This document shows positions 56,601 to 64,000 of a stretch of DNA of 64,000 nt, piece after piece. A program made the position numbers and the translations under genes. The notes below the pieces were generated by a model. The model ran no database searches and had not been told where the DNA came from. It saw nothing but the letters and a program-made list of their open reading frames with translations. Positions within the stretch are counted from its first letter, which is position 1, and every line of letters starts with the position of its first letter. Source of the DNA: an uncultured Thermoleophilia bacterium (GTDB taxonomy: Bacteria; Actinomycetota; Thermoleophilia; UBA2241); NCBI GenBank assembly GCA_963715985.1, contig CAVQSP010000013.1:611795-675794 (forward strand). Reading direction: 5' to 3'.

Positions 56601-58256
56601 GTGGGGGCAGAGAGCGAAGGTCGCCTGAAGGCCACACTCGGTGTGTTCGGCACGGCGTTCCGCAATCGCTCCCTGATGCTCGTCGAGCTGGCGTGGCTGG
56701 CCTTCAACAGCGCCGAGTGGGGGGTCTGGCTCGCCCTCATGGTCTGGGCCTACACGCGCGGGGGCGCCGCTGCGGCCAGTCTCATCGTCATCGTCCAGCT
56801 GGTCCCCGCCATCTTCATCGCCCCGTACCTCGGCGCGATCACCGACCGGGCGCGCGCCGGCCGGGTGCTCTTCATCGGTCTCCTCATCATGGGCGGGACG
56901 ATGGCGGCGGTGGCCGCGGCGATCGCCCTGGACGCGCCGGGCTTCGTGGTCTACATCCTCGCGCCCATCATGAACCTGGCGCTCTCCGTGCCCAGGCCGG
57001 CACAGGCGGCGCTGCTGCCCGGCGTGGTGCGCACGCCGCTGGAGCTGACCGCCGCCAACGTCGTCTCCAGCTGGGTGGAGAACGCCAGCGTGCTGCTTGC
57101 GCCGGCCTTGACCGGCGTCCTGCTCGGCGTGGGCGGGCCGGCGCTGGCCGCCGGGGTGCTAGCCGGCTGCACCTTGGCCGGCGCCGCGATGGTGGTCGGC
57201 ATCCCCGGGCCGAAGCCGATGACCGAGCGCGGGGAGGGTGTGTCGCTCACGGCCGAGGTCAAGCAGAGCGTGGCCGCGGTCTGGCGCGTGCCGGCGGCGC
57301 GCACGCTGGTCGGCGTGGTCGGCTCGCAGTACATCCTCGTCGGCGCCCTCGACGTGCTCTACGTCGTGCTCGCGATCACCACTCTGGGCATGGGCGAGTC
57401 GGGCGCCGGGTACCTGAACGCGGCGTTCGGCGCCGGCGGGGTCATCGGGGTCGCGCTCACGACCGCGTTCGTGGCTCGCCGCCGTCTGGCGCCGGCGCTC
57501 ATCGGCGGCATCGTCACGGCGGCGTTCGCGTTGGGCGTGCTCGGCGTCTTCCCCACGGTGGTCGGCGCGTTCGCGCTGCTCGGTCTGGCCGGTCTGAGCC
57601 GCTCCGTGTTCGACGTCACCGGACGCATCCTGCTGCAGCGCGCCGCCCCGCCGCAGGTGCTGGGCCAGGTGTTCGCCCTGCTCGAGTCGCTGATGAACGC
57701 CGGCCTTGCCGTGGGCGCCATCTTTGTGCCGGCCCTGGTCGGGCTGAGCGGCGCGTCCGCCGCTCTCATCGGCACCGCGCTGCTGCTGCTCGTCATCGTG
57801 GCCGTCGTCTGGCGGCGCCTGCGGTCCATCGACGACGCGGCGGACGTGCCCCAGGTCCAGATCCAGCTGCTGCGCCTGAACCCCATCTTCGCGCCGCTCC
57901 CCGCCCCCGAGCTCGAGGGCCTCGCCCGCGCGCTCGTCCCGGTGAAGGTGGCAGCCGGCACCACCGTCATCCGTGAGGGCGACGAGGGCGACCGGTTCTA
58001 CGCGATCGCCGACGGCGAGATGCGGGTGACAAAGAAGGGCGTAGACGTTGCGACCCTGCGCCGCGGCAGCGGCTTCGGCGAGATCGCGCTCATCGAGGAC
58101 GTGCCACGCACCGCCACTGTGGTCGCCGTCACGGATGCACAGCTGTTCTCTCTGGAGAAGGAGCCGTTCTTCCTGGCGCTGACCGGTCACGCCCCCGCGG
58201 CGCACGCTGCGAGCGACCTGGTCACGCAACGGCTCGGCGAGCTGGAGGCGCTGTAA
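56601..58256 (+). CDS. MFS transporter fused to C-terminal cNMP-binding domain
   Basis: About 12 hydrophobic segments, G.ITDR motif; C-terminal IREGDEGDRFYAI...GFGEIALIEDVPRTATV; GGAGG RBS. Confidence 0.9.
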   Translation: MGAESEGRLKATLGVFGTAFRNRSLMLVELAWLAFNSAEWGVWLALMVWAYTRGGAAAASLIVIVQLVPAIFIAPYLGAITDRARAGRVLFIGLLIMGGTMAAVAAAIALDAPGFVVYILAPIMNLALSVPRPAQAALLPGVVRTPLELTAANVVSSWVENASVLLAPALTGVLLGVGGPALAAGVLAGCTLAGAAMVVGIPGPKPMTERGEGVSLTAEVKQSVAAVWRVPAARTLVGVVGSQYILVGALDVLYVVLAITTLGMGESGAGYLNAAFGAGGVIGVALTTAFVARRRLAPALIGGIVTAAFALGVLGVFPTVVGAFALLGLAGLSRSVFDVTGRILLQRAAPPQVLGQVFALLESLMNAGLAVGAIFVPALVGLSGASAALIGTALLLLVIVAVVWRRLRSIDDAADVPQVQIQLLRLNPIFAPLPAPELEGLARALVPVKVAAGTTVIREGDEGDRFYAIADGEMRVTKKGVDVATLRRGSGFGEIALIEDVPRTATVVAVTDAQLFSLEKEPFFLALTGHAPAAHAASDLVTQRLGELEAL

Positions 58257-58257
58257 T

Positions 58258-58344
58258 GGACGTGCCGACGACGCGGAAGCCGAGCGCGTACAGTGCGCCG
58301 ATGACCCTGCCCCGGGGCGCATCGACGGGGAGCCTGCGCGTCAT
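58258..58344 (-). pseudogene. Truncated HicA-like toxin remnant
   Basis: MTRRLPVDAPRGRVIGALYALGFRVV starts at ATGA overlap with hicB stop and runs into the convergent MFS gene after ~28 codons. Confidence 0.6.
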
Positions 58345-58565
58345 TCAGCGAAGTCCGCCTCGGCGACGAACGCCTCGAGCACGGGCGAGTCGGGCTCCAG
58401 CGCGGCTGCACCGAACGTCTCGAGGTGGAACGCGATGGCAGAACGCATGTCGGCGAGCGCGGCCTCGTAACTCTCGCCCTGCCCGACGGCGGCACCGCGC
58501 ACCCCGACCGGGAAGGCGACGTAGCTGTCGGCATGCTTCTCGACGATGATCTCGATGGTGGCCAC
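58341..58565 (-). CDS. hicB: HicB-family antitoxin
   Basis: IIVEKHADSYVAFP.G..GAAVGQGESYEAALADMRSAIAFHLE. Confidence 0.8.
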   Translation of the reverse strand: MATIEIIVEKHADSYVAFPVGVRGAAVGQGESYEAALADMRSAIAFHLETFGAAALEPDSPVLEAFVAEADFAE

Positions 58566-59066
58566 CAGCGCCCCCGGATCGACGCTCTGAGTGTACCCGG
58601 GGGCGGGTTGCGAGCAGGCGAGTCCATGTCACGAGCATGGCCGCCAAGGTGCCCGCTGTCAGCGGGTGACGAGTAGCCCTGAGGTGGACGTTGACTGCGA
58701 GCGCCGGTGGACGTTGGGCGGAACGTCACCGGGGATGGCGGCCGTGCGCCCGGCCGGCCGATCGCCATGCCCTGGCCGCCGGGGCCGGCGTCTTCCCGCC
58801 CCGCCGTCGAGCCGCCGGCACTGGTCTTCCGTTCGGCAGATTCAACGAACAGTACTTCTGGACGTACGGTCGCTTGAAATGGCCCATGCATACATGCCGC
58901 CGCTCGGGGACCAGGGTGCCCCGCGGCCGGGCGCGTGGGCAGCGGACCCGGCCGCGGCAGGACCCGGCCGCCACCGAGCTGGGGAACCGGCTCGGATGTC
59001 GAAGACCAGGGCCGCCGGGTCGTACAGCCGGCCGAATCATGCTCCACACTGTCGAAACGGCCGGGC

Positions 59067-59211
59067 TTGCGCGCCCGCTCCGGCCCGGCCTATGATTGTG
59101 CCGCTGCACACATGACCGCAGTCGGGCGCCGTCTCCGCCCCCTGCGCTACAGGTCATGGACCCCCAGCGAACGCATCCGCGTCCCCTGGGGGTCTTCGCG
59201 TTTTCTGGGGG
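59067..59211 (+). promoter_or_regulatory. Promoter (TTGCGC-18bp-TATGAT) and structured two-hairpin leader/attenuator of the acyl-CoA dehydrogenase-fix operon
   Basis: Stems CATGACC/GGTCATG and GACCCCCAG/CTGGGGGTC followed by TTCGCGTTTT. Confidence 0.65.
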
Positions 59212-59239
59212 AATCACCGGTCCCTGAGGAGGGAGCTGC

Positions 59240-60472
59240 ATGGACTTCCGCTACACCACCGAGCAGGAGATGTACCGTCTGGCCATCCGCGAGTGGCTGA
59301 GCAAGAATCTCGAGCCGCGCGCCCGCGGCATCGACGAGGCCGAGAACGGCATCCCCGACGACATCACCGCCGGCATGGCCGAGCTGGGCATGTTCGGCGT
59401 CACCATCCCCGAGGAGTACGGCGGCATGCCGCTCCCCGACGACGAGCGCCTCATCTACGCCATGATCACGGTGCACGAGATCGCCCGCGCCGACCTCAGC
59501 ATGAGCACCCCGGTGTACACGCTGCTCACCATCGGCTGGTCCTACATCGTGAACCGCTACGGCACCGAGGAGCTCAAGCAGGAGCTGCTCCCGGCCGTGG
59601 CCGCCGGCAAGGCGTTCGCCGGCATCAACACCACGGAGCCCGGCGGCGGCTCCGACCTCGCTGCCATCAAGACGGTGGCCCCGTGGGACGAGGCCAGGCA
59701 GGCGTACATCCTCAACGGCGAGAAGGCCTACGTCAGCGGTCCCAAGGAGTGCGCCAAGTGGGGCGCCCCGAGCGGCCACTGCACGCTCGTCAAGACCGAC
59801 CCCACGCAGAGCTACAAGGGTATGACCTTCATCTGGGTGCCCGCCCACCTGGACGGCATCTCCTCCACCGTGTACGACGACATGGGCCGCATGGGCCTCA
59901 GCACCGGCGGATGGATCTACAAGGACGTGGAGCTGCCCAAGGAGTACGTGCTCGGGGAAGAGGGCAAGGGCTTCTACGTCGTCATGGACGGCTTTAACGC
60001 CGCCCGCGTGCTCGTGGTGGCCGCCTGCCTCGGCGGCGCCGAGAAGGCGCTGGAGATCAGCGGCGAATACACGGCCCAGCGCACCACCTTCGGCAAGCCG
60101 CTGGGCAAGTACGAGGGCATCTCCTTCGAGATGGCCGACGACTACATGCAGCTGGACATGCTCAAGCTCAACCTGCTGCGCGGCGCCTGGATGATCGGCA
60201 AGGAGCACACCGAGCCGGGCACCTTCGGGCGCAAGGACATCAACAAGGTGATCAGCACCTGCAAGTGCCTCGCTCCGGCGCTCTGCCACGACATCGCCCG
60301 CCACGGCATGATGTACCACGGCGCCTTCGGCTACACCAAGGAGACGCCGCTCGAGATGCTGCTGCGCGGCGTCATGAGCTACGAAGTGGGCGCCGAGGGC
60401 GGCCTCATGATCATGCGCGGCGTGATCGCCCGCGACGAGTGGGGCGAGACGCACAACCCGTTCAAAGACTGA
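59240..60472 (+). CDS. Acyl-CoA dehydrogenase
   Basis: GMFGVTIPEEYGG, TEPGGGSD, YILNGEKAYVS, LGEEGKGF, QRTTFGKPL, HGAFGY. Confidence 0.95.
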   Translation: MDFRYTTEQEMYRLAIREWLSKNLEPRARGIDEAENGIPDDITAGMAELGMFGVTIPEEYGGMPLPDDERLIYAMITVHEIARADLSMSTPVYTLLTIGWSYIVNRYGTEELKQELLPAVAAGKAFAGINTTEPGGGSDLAAIKTVAPWDEARQAYILNGEKAYVSGPKECAKWGAPSGHCTLVKTDPTQSYKGMTFIWVPAHLDGISSTVYDDMGRMGLSTGGWIYKDVELPKEYVLGEEGKGFYVVMDGFNAARVLVVAACLGGAEKALEISGEYTAQRTTFGKPLGKYEGISFEMADDYMQLDMLKLNLLRGAWMIGKEHTEPGTFGRKDINKVISTCKCLAPALCHDIARHGMMYHGAFGYTKETPLEMLLRGVMSYEVGAEGGLMIMRGVIARDEWGETHNPFKD

Positions 60473-60566
60473 CCGACGTAGCCTGAGGCCCCCGGGCCGG
60501 GTCGCCTGACGGCGCCCGGCCCGCGGCGGCCACGGCCGCCGGTCACGATCAGCCAGGAGAGGTGAC

Positions 60567-61856
60567 ATGGAAACAGTCGAGTGCATCGTCGTCGGTGGCG
60601 GCCTCGCCGGCCTCTCCGCGGCCTACGGCCTGGCTGCGGCCGGCGTCGAGGTCATGGTCCTCGAGCGCGGCGACTACTCCGGCGCCAAGAACGTCACCGG
60701 CGGGCGCCTGTACGTGAAACCGATCAGGCGCTGCTACCCCGAGCTCTGGGAGGACGCGCCGTTCGAGCGCCCGGTGGCGCGCGAGCTGGTCACGATGATG
60801 GCCGACGGCGCCCACACCACGGTGGAGATCGCCTCCGACCGCTTCACGGCGGACAAGCCGCAGAGCTACACGGTGATGCGTGCCAAGCTCGACCAGTGGT
60901 TCGCCGAGAAGGTCGCCGAGAAGGGCGCCATGGTGGTGCCCAACATGAAGGTCGACGAGCTGCTGCGCAAGGAAGGCCGCATCATCGGCATCCGCGCCGG
61001 CGGCGACGAGATCGGCGCCCAGGTGGTCATCGTGGCGGAGGGCGTGCTGCGGCTACTGAGCAGCGCGGCCGGCCTGGCGCCGGAGCCGGAGGCCAGGCAT
61101 CACGCGCTCGGCTACAAGGAGATCATCGAACTGCCGGCGGGCGTGATCGAGGACCGCTGGCACCTGAACCCCGGTGAGGGCGCCGCGCAGCTCTTCATGG
61201 GCACGTGCACCAAGGGCATGATGGGCGGCGCCTTCCTCTACACCAACAAGGACAGCATCTCGCTGGGCATGGTGGTGGGCATGGAGGCCATGCGCAGCCG
61301 GCGCGACGGCACGGAGAGCTGGCAGCTCCTGGACGAGTTCAAGGAGCTGCCCCAGATCCGGCCGCTGGTCGCCGGCGGCACCGTGGCCGAGTACTCGGCG
61401 CACGCCATCCCCGAGGGCGGCATCAGCCAGGTGCCCAGGCTCGCCGGCGACGGCTACCTGGTCGCCGGCGACACCGCCGGCCTCAGCCTCAACGCCCTCG
61501 TCACCGTGCGCGGCATGGACTTCGCCATCGCCTCGGGCTACTTCGCCGCCGAGGCGGTCAAGAAGGCCAAGGCGGCCGGCGACTTCTCCGCCGCCGGCCT
61601 CGCCTCCTACGAGCAGTCGCTGCGCGACAGCTTCGTGCTCCGCGACTTGCAGACGGCGCGCGAGATCCCCAGCTTCATGGAGAACCCGCGCCTCTTCACG
61701 CACTACCCGCAGGCCGTCGGCCGGCTGCTGGAGAGCATCTACACCATCGACGACCAGCCGCAGGCCGGCCACGTCAAGAAGGCCTGGAAGGGCGTCAAAC
61801 GTGACTTCTTGAGTGTGGCGACCGTCAAGGACGCCTGGTCGCTGCGCAAGATCTAG
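60567..61856 (+). CDS. fixC: FixC-like ETF:quinone oxidoreductase flavoprotein
   Basis: VGGGLAG, ERGDYSGAKNVTGG, FLYTNKDSISLG, EYSAHAIPEGG, RGMDFAIASG. Confidence 0.93.
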   Translation: METVECIVVGGGLAGLSAAYGLAAAGVEVMVLERGDYSGAKNVTGGRLYVKPIRRCYPELWEDAPFERPVARELVTMMADGAHTTVEIASDRFTADKPQSYTVMRAKLDQWFAEKVAEKGAMVVPNMKVDELLRKEGRIIGIRAGGDEIGAQVVIVAEGVLRLLSSAAGLAPEPEARHHALGYKEIIELPAGVIEDRWHLNPGEGAAQLFMGTCTKGMMGGAFLYTNKDSISLGMVVGMEAMRSRRDGTESWQLLDEFKELPQIRPLVAGGTVAEYSAHAIPEGGISQVPRLAGDGYLVAGDTAGLSLNALVTVRGMDFAIASGYFAAEAVKKAKAAGDFSAAGLASYEQSLRDSFVLRDLQTAREIPSFMENPRLFTHYPQAVGRLLESIYTIDDQPQAGHVKKAWKGVKRDFLSVATVKDAWSLRKI

Positions 61857-61873
61857 GAGTTGGAGGAGGAGCC

Positions 61874-62155
61874 ATGCCGATGAAGATCGACGCCAAGCTC
61901 GGCCTCGACGTCTTCAAGCTGGACAAAGAGCCGCACATCGTCATCGACACCGACGTGTGCAAGAAGGTGTGCACCGACGAGGCCTGCATCTACGTGTGCC
62001 CGGCCGACCTGTACGAGCGCGACGACCAGGGCCGCATGACCGTGAACTGGGAGGGGTGCCTCGAGTGCGGCACCTGCCTGATCTGCTGCGACCCCCGGGC
62101 GCTCAGCTGGGCGTATCCCAGCGGGCCGTACGGGGTCCAGTACCGGATGAGCTGA
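61874..62155 (+). CDS. fixX: FixX-like ferredoxin
   Basis: PHI..D..C...C....C..VCPA.LY and GCLECGTC.ICC. Confidence 0.92.
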   Translation: MPMKIDAKLGLDVFKLDKEPHIVIDTDVCKKVCTDEACIYVCPADLYERDDQGRMTVNWEGCLECGTCLICCDPRALSWAYPSGPYGVQYRMS

Positions 62156-62168
62156 AGGAGGTGACGGC

Positions 62169-62942
62169 GTGGACATCGTCGTCTGCGTGAAGACCAACCC
62201 GGACCTCCAGATGGTCCGCATCAAGAACCGCGAGGCGGTCACCGAGGCCGTGCCGTACAAGATCGGCGACCTCGAGAAGAACGCCCTCGAGGCGGCCGTG
62301 GTGCTCCGCGACGCCGTGGGCGGCAAGGTCGTGGCGCTGTGCCTGGCCGAGGGCAACCGCAAGGCGGCCGAGGACATCAAGTACGCGCTGGCCATGGGCG
62401 CCGACGAGGCCGTCGTCATCGACGATCCCGCACTCGCCCAGCCGGATCAGGCGGCGGTGGCGGCAGCGCTCGCCGCCGCCGTCAGCAAGATCGGGGCCTG
62501 CGACCTGCTCCTGTTCGGCGAGGGCTCGACGGACAACTACACCGGCCAGGTGGGCGCCCGCGTGGCCGAGCTGCTCGACCTGCCGCAGATCGGCTACGCG
62601 CGCAAGCTCGAGTCTGCGGACGGCGTGGTGCGCTGCGAGCGCAGCATGGACGACATGCTGGAGACTCTCGAGGCGCCGCTGCCGGCCGCGGTCACCGTGG
62701 TCAGCGAGATCAACGAGCCGCGCATCCCGGGGCTCATGCAGATCATGAAGGCGAAGAGCAAGCCGATGCAGGTCTGGTCGCTGGCCGACCTCGGCATCGA
62801 GGCGCTCGCGCCCGTGCGCGAGATCGTCAGCAACCTGGCGGAGGAGCAGGACCGCAAGCACATCCTGTTCGAGGGCAGCGCGGCCGAGCAGGCCGACGCC
62901 TTCGTCGATGCACTGATACGCGAAGGCGTCCTGGGGAGGTAA
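62169..62942 (+). CDS. fixA: Electron transfer flavoprotein beta subunit (FixA/EtfB)
   Basis: IVVCVK..PD, ALAMGADE, DLLLFG..S.D..TGQVG, INEPRIP. Confidence 0.93.
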   Translation: MDIVVCVKTNPDLQMVRIKNREAVTEAVPYKIGDLEKNALEAAVVLRDAVGGKVVALCLAEGNRKAAEDIKYALAMGADEAVVIDDPALAQPDQAAVAAALAAAVSKIGACDLLLFGEGSTDNYTGQVGARVAELLDLPQIGYARKLESADGVVRCERSMDDMLETLEAPLPAAVTVVSEINEPRIPGLMQIMKAKSKPMQVWSLADLGIEALAPVREIVSNLAEEQDRKHILFEGSAAEQADAFVDALIREGVLGR

Positions 62943-62944
62943 CG

Positions 62945-63891
62945 ATGGCCGAGCTGCTCGTCTACAGCGAGAGAGTCGATACCGCCCGCGAGCTGGTCGC
63001 CGGCGGTAAGGAACTTGGTGCGGCCCTCGGCCTCGGCGTGAGCGCCGTGGCCCTGGGGCCGGGCGCCGGAGCCGCGGCGAGCGAGCTCGCCGCCGCCGGC
63101 GCCGACACCGTGTACGTGAGCGAAGACGCCGCCTTCGAGGGCTGGCCGGCCGACGCCGTGGCAGCCGGCCTGGCGCAGATCGCACAGCAGGCCGGCGCGA
63201 GCGTCGTGCTCGTCGGCTCCACGCGCCGCGGCAAGGAGACGGCGCCGCGGCTGGCGCAGAAGCTCGGCGCCGGCTGCGTGAGCGACGTCAACAGCCTGGT
63301 CGCCGAGGGCGGCGACCTGGTCGCCGGGCGCTACGCCTTCGGCGGCGCCACCGTGGCGCGCGAGAAGCTGGCCACGGCCGTCAAGGTGTTCGCCGTGATG
63401 CCCAAGACGTTCAGCGCCGAGGGTGCGACGCCCGGGGCAGGCACGGTCGAGACGCCAACCCTCGACGTCAGCTCGAAGGTGAAGGTAGTCCCAGGCGCCC
63501 GAAAGAGGGCGACCACGTGAACCTGGACGCCGCCCCGCTCATCGTCGGCGTCGGCCGCGGCTTCAACGCCCGCGAGGATCTCGCCCTTGGCGACGAGCTC
63601 GCGGGCGCCCTGGGCGCCGTGGTGGGCTGCACCAAGAGCCTCGCCGACTTCGAGTGGCTCGGCGAGGACCGCATCATCGGCCTCTCCGGCGCCAAGACGG
63701 CGCCGGACCTCTACCTGAGCGTGGGCGTCTCCGGCCAGATCCAGCACACCGTGGGCGTGGCCGGCGCCAAGCTCATCGCTGCCGTCAACAAGGACAAGGA
63801 GGCGCCCATCTTCGCGATGGCCGACTACGGCATCGTGGGCGACCTCTACGAGGTGGTGCCGGCGCTCGTCGAGCGCCTCAAGAGCGTGTGA
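62945..63891 (+). CDS. fixB: Electron transfer flavoprotein alpha subunit (FixB/EtfA; apparent frameshift near 63490)
   Basis: GST..GKE.APRLA, IVGVGRG, IGLSG..APDLYLSVGVSGQIQH, AVNKDKEAPIF.MADYGIVGD. Confidence 0.92.
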
Positions 63892-63934
63892 CGTGGGGGG
63901 CGGCGGCCGGGCGCCAGCCGGCCGCCGCCCCACG
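63892..63934 (+). terminator. Hairpin after etf operon
   Basis: CGTGGGG.GCGGCGGCCGG ... CCGGCCGCCGCCCCACG inverted repeat. Confidence 0.6.
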
Positions 63935-64000
63935 ACCCGTCACAGCCAGATGTCCCCGCGGAGAGAGACGGCTCTGCCGGGACGCACCGGGCCGGGGCCG

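Noticed and set aside
36885-58256. Calling the locus a canonical Pycsar, CBASS or Avs system
   Set aside because: No stand-alone PycC with TIR/2TM effector, no CD-NTase, and the STAND N-termini are cyclases rather than Avs nuclease/protease effectors; only an analogy is supported
58570-59060. ORFs between hicB and the acyl-CoA dehydrogenase promoter
   Set aside because: Several overlapping low-complexity ORFs with no recognisable motif or RBS; cannot support a gene call
59097-59115. Leader peptide (VPLHT) explaining the attenuator
   Set aside because: No equivalent short ORF in the CoA-transferase copy and no RBS; conservation is at the RNA-structure level

Overview
Very GC-rich bacterial DNA, probably an anaerobic/microaerophilic Actinomycetota (Thermoleophilia-like; this is inferred from gene style and content). 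Many genes, including essential ones, carry single-base indels typical of a noisy long-read assembly. 1-15 kb is housekeeping and metabolic: recO, glyQS, ppdK, GNAT, dnaG, rpoD, tRNA-Asn, a YtfJ/GerW-family gene, amtB and a two-subunit CoA transferase. 59-64 kb holds an acyl-CoA dehydrogenase plus fixCX-etfBA operon. Between them lies a ~43 kb accessory region dominated by cyclic-nucleotide signalling. It has five class III nucleotide cyclase-STAND ATPase-TPR (NLR-like) genes: one sAC-like double cyclase and an array of four whose ends are near-identical at DNA level while the sensor regions diverge. It also has four different cNMP-binding proteins (single, tandem, MFS-fused and PLP-decarboxylase-fused), an NPP-type phosphodiesterase, a MalT-like regulator and two AAA_14/DUF4143 ATPases with palindromic operators. 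A giant secreted C25-protease/FG-GAP protein with GRIPGI repeats sits in a 15 kb cassette bounded by two 98%-identical copies of a DUF1801 gene. Separately, a shared covarying two-hairpin leader, a candidate new cis-regulatory RNA, precedes both acyl-CoA operons.
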